Shown here: piece by piece, positions 10,600 to 21,181 of the stretch
How the letters are laid out: each line of letters opens with the position of its first letter
Numbering within the stretch: position 1 is the first letter of the stretch
NCBI RefSeq assembly: GCF_032444005.1
Contig: NC_091287.1
Location: 554,528,001-554,592,000 of the forward strand
DNA: 64,000 nucleotides
Direction of reading: 5' to 3'
From: Ranitomeya imitator
Taxonomy: Eukaryota
Notes under the pieces: generated by a model
Database searches by the model: none
What the model was told of the DNA's origin: nothing
What the model saw: the letters and a program-made list of their open reading frames with translations, nothing else
Made by a program: the position numbers and the translations under genes

Positions 10600-11650
10600 A
10601 GTAGAATTATGATCATCAATATCTCCTTGCAGCTTAAGAACCTTCTCCCCGGACATGCTATAATGTATTCTATCTTTATGTTGCAAGACAAAATTCTCTA
10701 GCATGTAAAATTATGATTTTCATGATGGAGATTCTGAACCATTGGGTCACTTCTCGGTTATGTATCATTGTAAAAGCCGAAGTTTCCAGCAATTTGTCAC
10801 CAAATCCCTTAGGGCATATGAGGTGCCACCAGATCCCGAGACTTCCATTTGCCATGGCCCGTGGAGTCACTTAGAGCAGATGAGGAGCCTGTTCTATACT
10901 CATTGCTAATGTCCTTTGATACATTTAATAAGCTCCAACATTCACTGATAATTTTACAAATCTATTAATCTTCTCTGTTCTTTGTACACACGCATGTCGT
11001 GTCGTGGCACGAGGAGCATCGTGGGGATAATATTAGTTCTCATTTTTACACATGCCATTAATCTTTCATTTATAAATAGTTGGAGAATTCCAGAAGGGCA
11101 ATTTTAGGCATTAAATATGTGTCGAATATGAGGAACATGGTGGTTGGGTCTTATCCAATAAGCATTGGTAGCTGCAACCATACCAGTTTTATGGATCGGA
11201 TTATTGTGCGTCTTGTGTCAGTTGTTACGAAGAACTGGATCAATCAGTTTGGCAAAGTCTACCTTGAGATGCGGAGTCAAAGGAATATCTTTGTTCTTCA
11301 AGAAGTGTGTTGATTGGATTGGTTGAATTCCTAGATTGTGGAGATGTATCTTCAGAGTATGATGGAAGCGGTAAGAGGAGGACACGCAAATGGGCAAAAC
11401 CGAAACATCAAAGTCCAAGAACCAGTTGAGAAAAATGAAGAAGAAAGACAATGGAAGAATGCAAGGACAAGGTTAAGGTCAAGGTAAAACAGGACCGAAC
11501 TAACCCCACCTTGGGGTAAAGGCCATCAGATGCTGGTCTTCATAGAGTTGGGAATGGGTGGATCACAGAAGTCAAGTTCCCAAAGTTGGGGTTACGTGGA
11601 ATGAACTGATTAGTCATATCTTAAGTTGGGACCAAAGTTTTCTTCTTAAT
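10600..11650 (-). mobile_element. Possible decayed L1/Tx1-type LINE ORF2 3' fragment
   Basis: Frameshifted remnants on the minus strand resembling amphibian L1 C-terminal motifs (PRNPNF; TMF..I...CPKI..FW; CWK..TQW). Weak pattern recognition only. Confidence 0.35.
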
Positions 11651-11762
11651 ATTGACATCTGTCTCATGGTTTATTGTTTTACCTTCCTTGGAATTACCAC
11701 TGTAGATTACGTGCTGAACTTGAAGGACCTGACATAGTTGTTTGAGGGGAATGCGTTATCAG

Positions 11763-12526
11763 TAGTGTTGAGCGATACCGTCCGATACTTGAAAGTATCG
11801 GTATCGGATAGTATCGGCCGATACCCGAAAAATATTGGATATCGCCGATACCGATATCCGATACCAATACAAGTCAATGGGACATCAAGTATCGGAATGT
11901 ATCCTGATGGTTCCCAGAGTCTGAAGAAGAGGAAACTCTCCTTCAGGCCCTGGAATCCATATTAATGTGTAAAATAAAGAATTAAAATAAAAAATATTGA
12001 TATGCTCACCTCTCTGGCGGCCCCTGGACATCACGCTGGTAACCGGCCGGCTTCTTTGTTTAAAATGAGCGCCTTTAGGACCTGCGAATGACGTCGCGGC
12101 TTCTGATTGGTCGCGTGCCGCCCATGTGACCGGCACGCGACCAATCAGAAGCCGCAACGTCATTCGCAGGTCCTTAATTCCTAGAATTAGGAGTTTTGTG
12201 AATGAGAATGACGTCGCGGCTTCTGATTGGTCGCGTGCCGGTCACATGGGCGGCACGCGACCAATCAGAAGCCGCGACGTCATTCTCAGGTCCTAAAGGC
12301 GCTCATTTTAAACAAAGAAGCCGGCCGGTTACCAGCGTGATGTCCAGGGGCCGCCGGACAGGTGAATATATCAATATTTTTTATTTTAATTCTTTATTTT
12401 ACACATCCCTATTGATCCGATACCGATACCCGATACCACAAAAGTATCGGATCTCGGTATCGGAATTCCGATACCGCAAGTATCGGCCGATACCCGATAC
12501 TTGCGGTATCGGAATGCTCAACACTA
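11763..12526 (+). mobile_element. hAT-type MITE, family A
   Basis: TIR TAGTGTTGAGC...GCTCAACACTA; 8-bp TSD GTTATCAG (11755-11762, 12527-12534); subterminal GTATCGG/CCGATAC arrays; two internal hairpins. Confidence 0.93.
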
Positions 12527-12754
12527 GTTATCAGAAAATGATCTGCTGAATAATCCAGGATTTTATCTTAAATTTAGATTTTTTTTTATTATTAATTTTT
12601 TGAAATCTTGCCATTTTCAGACTGACCACTATTCTAGACCCATAGTTTCTGATCAGAAAATTCACTTGTACATTAGCAGCTACAGACTGACTCTGAACCC
12701 ATATTCTATATTGTAGCAGCTAATGAGGGTGTGCAGAGGTCATTGTGAAAGGAA

Positions 12755-14587
12755 GAGGAGGAGGCGAGCTGTGACATCACCTATTGTGAATGGTGGATCC
12801 TGTGTTATCTACTGTATATAGAGGTGTTATCAGTCATTGTACAGGAGGAGGAGGTGAGCTGTGATATCACATATTGTGCATGGTGAATCCTGTGTTATCT
12901 ACTGTATATAGAGGTGTTATCAGTCATTGTATAGGAGGAGGTGAGCTGTGACATCACCTATTGTGAATGGTGGATTCTGTGTTATATACTGTATATAGAG
13001 GTGTTATCAGTCATTGTACAGGAGGAGGTGAGCTGTGACATCACCTATTGTGAATGGTGGAACCTGTGTTATCTACTGTATATAGAGGTGTTATCAGTCA
13101 TTGTACAGGAGGAGGTGAGCTGTGACATCACCTATTGTGAATGGTGGATCCTGTGTTATCTACTGTATATAGAGGGGTTATTATTCATTGTACAGGAGGA
13201 GGAGGTGACCTGTGACATCACCTATTGTGAATGGTGGAACCTGTGTTATCTACTGTATATAGAGGGGTTATCATTCATTGTACAGGAGGAGGAGGAGGCG
13301 AGCTGTGACATCACCTATTGTGAATGGTGGATCCTGTGTTATCTACTGTATATAGAGGTGTTATCAGTCATTGTATAGGAGGAGGAAGTGAGCTGTGACA
13401 TCACCTATTGTGAATGGTGGATCCTGTGTTATCTACTGTATATAGAGGTGTTATCAGTCATTGTACAGGAGGAGGAGGTGAGCTGTGACATCACCTATTG
13501 TGAATGGTGATCCTGTGTTATCTACTGTATATAGAGGTGTTATCAGTCATTGTACAGGAGGAGGAGGTGAGCTGTGACATCACCTATTGTGAATGGTGGA
13601 TCCTGTGTTATCTCCTGTATATAGAGGTGTTATCAGTCATTGTACAGGAGGAGGAGGTGAGCTGTGACATCACCTATTAATAATGGTGGATCCCATGTTA
13701 TCTACTGTATATAGAGGTGTTAGCAGTCATTGTACAGGAGGAGGAGGTGAGCTGTGACATCACCTATTGTGAATGGTGGATCCTGTGTTATCTACTGTAT
13801 ATAGAGGTGTAATCAGTCATTGTATAGGAGGAGGAAGTGAGCTGTGACATCACTTATTGTGAATGGTGGATCCTGTGTTATCTACTGTATATAGAGGTGT
13901 TATCAGTCATTGTACAGGAGGAGGAGGAGAGCTGTGATATCACCTATTGTGAATGGTGGATCCTGTGTTATCTACTGTATATAGAGGTGTTATCAGTCAT
14001 TGTACAGGAGGAGGAGGTGAGCTGTGACATCACTTATTGTGAATGGTGGATCCTGTGTTATCTCCTGTATATAGAGGTGTTATCAGTCATTGTACAGGAG
14101 GAGGAGGTGAGCTGTGACATCATCTATTGTGACTGGTGGATCCTGTGTTATCTACTGTATATAGAGGTGTAATCAGTCATTGTACAGGAGGAGGAGGAGG
14201 TGAACTGTGACATCACTTATTGTGAATGGTGGATCCTGTGTTATCTACTGTATATAGAGGTGTTATCAGTCATTGTACAGGAGGAGGAGGTGAGTTGTGA
14301 CATCACCTAGTGTTAATGGTGATCCTGTGTTATCTACTGTATATAGAGGTGTTATCAGTCATTGTAAAGGAGGAGGATGTGAGCTGTGACATCACCTATT
14401 GTTAATGGTGCATCCTGTGTTATCTACTGTATATAGAGGTGTTATCAGTCATTGTACAGGAGGAGGAGGTGAGCTGTGACATCACCTATTGTGAATGGTG
14501 GATCCTGTGTTATCTACTGTATATAGAGGTGTTAGCAGTCATTGTACAGGAGGAGGAGGTGAGCTGTGACATCACCTATTGTGAATG
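12755..14587. repeat. ~90-bp minisatellite (~20 units, variable GAG run)
   Basis: AGCTGTGACA recurs at 13391 and 13481; unit length changes mostly in steps of 3 from the (GAG)n tract. Confidence 0.95.
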
Positions 14588-15707
14588 ATTTTGTTGATTA
14601 ATTCCCTTCAAATATTACCTTCTGTTGCTCCTTTACCTTTCCCATGATTCCCTATATTTTGCATTGATAACACCTCCTTTCCTCGGCTCTATCCTCACTT
14701 TTACCTGTGTGATAAGGATAACAGTGTTATTTTCCAATCCATTTGTTGCTCTCCTCCTTCACCGACGCTCTAGGCAGCTGCCTGCTTTGTCTCGCTTTTC
14801 TCCTCCCCAGCTTAAATCTCAGCGGTTTATTAAATGTCCATCGCAAAGACAAGCAGACAAGTAACATCCCGTAACCTGAGATAATACAGTCTCAAAAAAA
14901 CATGAATTAACTATTGATTTTGCTAAAGTATCAAATATTAATGACGCAATGTGCACCGTTACTTCTGCTGCATAGAAATCTGTAGGTGACGGTAATATAT
15001 ACATTGAGCCGCGAGCTCGGTGACATACAGCCGCATGACAACGCTGGTGATTTAATGGGAGTCATGGCTGCATATTCTCACAAAACCTCTTTATATGAGC
15101 GGCTTTAATCAATTTTATGGACACTGAAGCTCTGTTTAACATTCATTTCTAAATTTAATATCCATTTTATTACATGTCGCCCTCGCTGACCCCGGGTTCT
15201 TTAATTAGACTCTGTGTCCTGACATTGGAGATATATTACAACGTAGAGAGTTTTGCATTTATAAAACTTGATCAAGATTTAATTATTGTTACTGGAGAGA
15301 TCACAATGTTAATCAGGATCAGAACAAATGTGTCTCTGGTGTATGATAATGTGAGATATAGGGTGGCGGATCGGGGAGTTAATGCAGAACCAACCTCTCC
15401 TATGTCTTGTGGTTTTATGGGGTCTACATGAAATGAAGGCTGCCATATTGGGAGGAAAGACTCTCCAGAAAGGATGGCAACTGACTGGAAAGGTTGATTA
15501 TGGACCTGGGAAGCTGAAGGTAAAGTGCTTCGTCCAACAAATTTCAGCCAAAAATTTAGTAGCAGCAGAATCCAAATTTTTTGGAGATTCCCTCGAAACC
15601 AGGAAAATGATGACCGATCGCCATCTTTATTGGAAATACCAGTTAGGCAAACAATACACAGGGTTATCCTTCAATACACCCTATGTCCATCAGGAGATAG
15701 TAACATA

Positions 15708-17319
15708 CAGGTCCTTCTCAAAAATTAGCATATAGTGTTAAATTTCATTATTTACCATAATGTAATGATTACAATTAAACTTTCATATATTATAGATTCA
15801 TTATCCACCAACTGAAATTTGTCAGGTCTTTTATTGTTTTAATACTGATGATTTTGGCATACAACTCCTGATAACCCAAAAAACCTGTCTCAATAAATTA
15901 GCATATCAAGAAAAGGTTCTCTAAACGACCTATTACCCTAATCTTCTGAATCAACTAATTAACTCTAAACACATGCAAAAGATACCTGAGGCTTTTATAA
16001 ACTCCCTGCCTGGTTCATTACTCAAAACCCCCATCATGGGTAAGACTAGCGACCTGACAGATGTCAAGAAGGCCATCATTGACACCCTCAAGCAAGAGGG
16101 TAAGACCCAGAAAGAAATTTCTCAACAAATAGGCTGTTCCCAGAGTGCTGTATCAAGGCACCTCAATGGTAAGTCTGTTGGAAGGAAACAATGTGGCAGA
16201 AAACGCTGTACAACGAGAAGAGGAGACCGGACCCTGAGGAAGATTGTGGAGAAGGACCGATTCCAGACCTTGGGGAACCTGAGGAAGCAGTGGACTGAGT
16301 CTGGTGTGGAAACATCCAGAGCCACCGTGCACAGGCGTGTGCAGGAAATGGGCTACAGGTGCCGCATTCCCCAGGTAAAGCCACTTTTGAACCATAAACA
16401 GCGGCAGAGGCGCCTGACCTGGGCTACAGAGAAGCAGCACTGGACTGTTGCTAAGTGGTCCCAAGTACTTTTTTCTGATGAAAGCAAATTTTGCATGTCA
16501 TTCGGAAATCAAGGTGCCAGAGTCTGGAGGAAGACTGGGGAGAAGGAAATGCCAAAATGCCTGAAGTCCAGTGTCAAGTACCCACAGTCAGTGATGGTGT
16601 GGGGTGCCATGTCAGCTGCTGGTGTTGGTCCACTGTGTTTCATCAAGGGCAGGGTCAATGCAGCTAGCTATCAGGAGATTTTGGAGCACTTCATGCTTCC
16701 ATCGGCTGAAATGCTTTATGGAGATGAAGATTTCATTTTTCAGCACGACCTGGCACCTGCTCACAGTGCCAAAACCACTGGTAAATGGTTTACTGACCAT
16801 GGTATTACTGTGCTCAATTGGCCTGCCAACTCTCCTGACCTGAACCCCATAGAGAATCTGTGGGATATTGTGAAGAGAAAGTTGAGAGACGCAAGACCCA
16901 ACACTCTGGATGAGCTTAAGGCCGCTATTGAAGCATCCTGGGCCTCCATAACATCTCAGCAGTGTCACAGGCTGATTGCCTCCATGCCACGCCGCATTGA
17001 AGCAGTCATTTCTGCCAAAGGATTCCCGACCAAGTATTGAGGGCATAACTGAACATTATTATTTGATGGTTTTTTTGTTTGTTATTAAAAAAACACTTTT
17101 ATTTGATTGGATGGGTGAAATATGCTAATTTATTGAGACAGGTTTTTTGGGTTATCAGGAGTTGTATGCCAAAATCATCAGTATTAAAACAATAAAAGAC
17201 ATGACAAATTTCAGTTGGTGGATAATGAATCTATAATATATGAAAGTTTAATTGTAATCATTACATTATGGTAAATAATGAAATTTAACACTATATGCTA
17301 ATTTTTTGAGAAGGACCTG
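15708..17319 (+). mobile_element. Intact Tc1-family (IR/DR type) DNA transposon, 1612 bp
   Basis: TA on both sides (15706-7, 17320-1); TIRs 15708-15906 and 17120-17319 differ by one substitution and one A in a run; AAATTAGCATAT repeated at both ends of each TIR. Confidence 0.97.
16036..17040 (+). CDS. Tc1 DD34E transposase, 334 aa (upstream in-frame ATG at 15973)
   Basis: MGKTSDL start; HTH-like N-terminus; FSDESKF, FQHDLAPAH, SPDLNPIENLW with 34 residues between the second D and E; uninterrupted. Confidence 0.95.
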   Translation: MGKTSDLTDVKKAIIDTLKQEGKTQKEISQQIGCSQSAVSRHLNGKSVGRKQCGRKRCTTRRGDRTLRKIVEKDRFQTLGNLRKQWTESGVETSRATVHRRVQEMGYRCRIPQVKPLLNHKQRQRRLTWATEKQHWTVAKWSQVLFSDESKFCMSFGNQGARVWRKTGEKEMPKCLKSSVKYPQSVMVWGAMSAAGVGPLCFIKGRVNAASYQEILEHFMLPSAEMLYGDEDFIFQHDLAPAHSAKTTGKWFTDHGITVLNWPANSPDLNPIENLWDIVKRKLRDARPNTLDELKAAIEASWASITSQQCHRLIASMPRRIEAVISAKGFPTKY

Positions 17320-17321
17320 TA

Positions 17322-18321
17322 GTAACATAGTAACATAGTTAGTAAGGCCGAAAAAAGACATTTGTCCATCCAGTTCAGCCTATATTCCATCATAATAAAT
17401 CCCCAGATCTACGTCCTTCTACAGAACCTAATAATTGTATGATACAATATTGTTCTGCTCCAGGAAGACATCCAGGCCTCTCTTGAACCCCTCGACTGAG
17501 TTCGCCATCACCACCTCCTCAGGCAAGCAATTCCAGATTCTCACTGCCCTAACAGTAAAGAATCCTCTTCTATGTTGGTGGAAAAACCTTCTCTCCTCCA
17601 GACGCAAAGAATGCCCCCTTGTGCCCGTCACCTTCCTTGGTATAAACAGATCCTCAGCGAGATATTTGTATTGTCCCCTTATATACTTATATATGGTTAT
17701 TAGATCGCCCCTCAGTCGTCTTTTTTCTAGACTAAATAATCCTAATTTCGCTAATCTATCTGGGTATTGTAGTTCTCCCATCCCCTTTATTAATTTTGTT
17801 GCCCTCCTTTGTACTCTCTCTAGTTCCATTATATCCTTCCTGAGCACCGGTGCCCAAAACTGGACACAGTACTCCATGTGCGGTCTAACTAGGGATTTGT
17901 ACAGAGGCAGTATAATGCTCTCATCATGTGTATCCAGACCTCTTTTAATGCACCCCATGATCCTGTTTGCCTTGGCAGCTGCTGCCTGGCACTGGTTGCT
18001 CCAAGTAAGTTTATCATTAACTAGGATCCCCAAGTCCTTCTCCCTGTCAGATTTACCCAGTGGTTTCCCGTTCAGTGTGTAATGGTGATATTGATTCCTT
18101 CTTCCCATGTGTATAACCTTACATTTATCATTGTTAAACCTCATCTGCCACCTTTCAGCCCAAGTTTCCAACTTATCCAGATCCATCTGTAGCAGAATAC
18201 TATCTTCTCTTGTATTAACTGCTTTACATAGTTTTGTATCATCTGCAAATATCGATATTTTACTGTGTAAACCTTCTACCAGATCATTAATGAATATGTT
18301 GAAGAGAACAGGTCCCAATAC
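17322..18321 (-). mobile_element. 5'-truncated CR1 LINE (RT C-terminus, 3' UTR, (GTAACATA)n tail)
   Basis: Open frame LGPVLFNIFINDL...FADDTKL...LEKRRLRGDL...RGLDVFL; 8-bp repeat tail; the tail continues left of the Tc1 at 15697-15707. Confidence 0.93.
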
Positions 18322-18339
18322 CGTAACGGTCCCGTACAA

Positions 18340-18725
18340 AGATACGTATATATAACCTATAATTAATTGCACAAAAAGACCTCAATGTACAAAAACTTCC
18401 AAAATTTTATTAAAAAATAATCCAAACTATAAAATACAGCATGATGGAAATGGTACCAATATAGAGGCACCCCAGGCCAGAGGTAAGGCTATTACAACAT
18501 TAAAACCCACCGACACATATATCAAACTATCACTAGGGTGAACAGTCTCACTCGCCAAACAGCATAGTAACATATTCTACCCTAGATACATCACAATAAG
18601 TGCGGCAACATGAGAGTGCAAATGTACAAAATAGTAGCGTTTGTATTACCTCTGGTCTGATGGTGCAACGACCCCTACGCGCGTTTCGGCTGTGTGTGCC
18701 TTCTTCCGGGGGACTTACCTGGGGT
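18340..18725 (-). mobile_element. Penelope-like element pseudo-LTR fragment
   Basis: Contains a minimal hammerhead motif preceded by AG|GTAAG, followed by an AT-rich tail with AATAAA-like signals; no coding part retained. Confidence 0.55.
18672..18712 (-). ncRNA. Minimal type I hammerhead ribozyme motif (U4G variant)
   Basis: Minus strand CCCC-CGGAAGA-A-GGC(ACACACA)GCC-GAAA-C(GCGC)GU-A-GGGG: stems I, II and III all pair; GUA cleavage triplet. Confidence 0.7.
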
Positions 18726-18820
18726 TAAAAAATTATAACAAATTATTGTCAACTCACCACTCACCTGTCATGGTCTTGTATGACAACTATTCAGTCCCAG
18801 ACATGACGAAGAGCAAATAG

Positions 18821-19230
18821 TAGGGATGGGCGAACACCTGGACGTTCAGGTCCTTTGGGTTTGGCCGAACTAAAAAAATTTGCTGCAGGTATGATAAAGG
18901 TACTCGAACCCTAACCCTGACCCCCATTTAAATGAATGAGGGTCCCGAACATCCAGCGTTTCCCATACTGTCATCTGTGTGACAGCGCAGGAAATACCAG
19001 CCCTGATCAGTGGTAACCTTCCACTTTACCGCCGGTTACAGCGTTGCAGTCCCTATCTTGTCACACAGATGCCATTGTGTGAGCCAGCAGCTGTAGCCAG
19101 CAGTGAAAAGGTCAAACTAGCCTTTCAACAAGCTTTATTTGGGTTGCAGAACCCGAACACTAAGATGAACTTCCGGCAGAAGTCCATGTTCCGGGTCCGT
19201 GCACAGACACCAGACATGCATCCTATTACA
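18821..19230 (+). mobile_element. Degenerate hAT-type MITE, family C
   Basis: Left end TAGGGATGGGCGAA with GTTC(A/G)G/CCGAAC subterminal motifs; right TIR and TSD not recognisable. Confidence 0.45.
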
Positions 19231-19923
19231 ACTGATAGAGTTGGTCGATGAGACCTTCCGGCAGTGCACAAGTCCTGGCCTAGCAGCCAATAGTCTCCTA
19301 ACAATGTGGAAGTGACGATGCTAGATTAAACCTTAAAGCTACAGCTACAAACAGGGTTTCGTAAGGATCTCTGAAAGGTCAATACATTGCAAACCAAAAA
19401 CATTGCACCAATAACCAAACAATTGCAGATTCAAGTCTCCTAGTTCAAGTAACCAAAAGTGACAATGAAACAAAGCTACAAATGATTTTAAAAATCTGAA
19501 AAAAATGAAGAGATAAATATATTTGTAATTGTCACATACATTGTTATTAAGTGGATTCAAACTTGTTAGAATAAATAGGTTCAACCCCGTCATGGCCTGC
19601 AGCTATGACATCTAGCGAATTCTCATACCTTGTATAGTGGGCAGTACCGGGGCGGTCACAGATCAGCGGCTCCCAGCAGAGCCCAGGTTGTGCGGCAGAG
19701 TCATTACCCTTCTCTACAGTCACAGACTAAGTCTCTCTCTTCTATATGAAGCAATCAGAAGCCAGGAACTTTATGAAAAACCATCAATATTATATTAGAG
19801 AAAACAGAAGAAAATAAACAAAAAATAACATGGATGTGTAGACATGAACAGGAATGGCAAGGACCATAATAACAAAAAATATCCTGGTGACAATTGATCA
19901 GTAATACAGCAAAGTGCAATATA

Positions 19924-20780
19924 CAGGAGCTAATCACAAAATTAGAATATCAAAAAAGTGAATTTATTTCAGTTCTTCAATACAAAAAGTGAAACTCCTA
20001 TATTATATAGAGACATTGCAGACTGATCTACTTCACGTGTTTATTTCTGTTAATGTTGACGATTATGGCTTACAGCCAATGAAAACCCAAAAATGATTTT
20101 CTCAGTAAATTAGAATAATTAACAAAAACACCTGCAAAGGCTTCCTAAGCATTTAAAAAAGGTCCCCTAGTCTGTTTCAGTAGCTCCACAATCATGGGGA
20201 AGACTGCTGACCTGACAGATGTCCAGAAGGCGTCACTGACACACTCCACAAGGAGGGGAAGCCACAAAAGATCATTGGTAAAGAAGCCGACTAATCACAA
20301 AGCGCTGGATGCAAGCAGATTAATGGGAAGTGGAAGGAAAAAGTGTGGTAGAAAAAGGTGCACAAGCAACCGGGATAACCGCAGCCTTGAAAGGATTGTT
20401 AAGAAAAGGCCATTCAGTAATGTGGAGGAGATTCACAATCAAGGTCCCAGAGTCTGGAGGAAGAGTGGAGAGGCCACAATCCAAGCTGCTGGAGGTCTAG
20501 TGTGAGGTTTCCACCATCAGTGATGGTTTGGGGAGCCATGTCATCTGCTGGTGTAGGTCCACTGTGTTTTATCAAGACCAACGTCAGTGCAGCCGTCTAC
20601 CAGGACATTTTAGAGAACTTCATGATTCCCTCTACCGACAAGATTATTGGAGATGGAAATTTCATTTTCCAGCTTGACTTGACACCTGTCTACACTGCCA
20701 AAAGTACCAATACCTGGCTTACAAAAAACAGCAGTATCACTGGGCTTGATTCGCCAGCAAACTCACTTGGACACAACTAG
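19924..20780 (+). pseudogene. Decayed, internally deleted Tc1 related to the intact 15708 element
   Basis: TA-CAG start with AAATTAGAATAT; fragments MGKTADLTDVQK, CGRKRCTS, NQGPRVWRK, SVMVWGAMS, FIFQLDL; frameshifts; no right TIR. Confidence 0.85.
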
Positions 20781-20994
20781 ATTTGGTTTTGGTTTTCAGT
20801 TGAAAGGTGGAGGTACTTAAGGCAGAATGCTATGTATCAAATGTTTATGTTGATGACATATCCACGGCGTAGGTTTTCGGTGTGCAAAAAACACTTCCTA
20901 AATCTAGAGTATATGTTGAGACCACAGTTGGTGCAAATTAATTCACAAGGCCCAATCCATTGGGCAAGATGGTAGTCTGTGACCATTAGACCAT

Positions 20995-21181
20995 TATGGT
21001 GATCAATGAGTGGAACAGGCGGCCACGAGAGGTCGTGGGTTCTCTGTCAATGAACGTCTTCAAGTAGAAGCTGGACAGACATCTGTCTGAGATGGTTTAG
21101 TGAATCCTGCATTGAGCAGTGGGGACATGATGACCCTTGAGGGCCCTTCCAACTCTAACCTTCTAGGATTCTATGATTCTA
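20995..21181 (+). mobile_element. Short CR1 3' fragment
   Basis: Encodes VINEWNR.PREVVGS; ends GACCCTTGAGGGCCCTTCCAACTCTAA..TTCTA(G/T)GATTCTA, a CR1-type tail. Confidence 0.75.

Noticed and set aside
11738-12549. ORFs across the hAT MITEs (also 61457-62517)
   Set aside because: Arise from repeated GTATCG motifs and palindromes; no transposase motifs.
15382-15735. 117-aa ORF upstream of the Tc1
   Set aside because: Runs across the CR1 tail and Tc1 TIR junction; no recognisable domain.
17435-18082. 215-aa plus-strand ORF
   Set aside because: Antisense to the CR1 reverse transcriptase frame.
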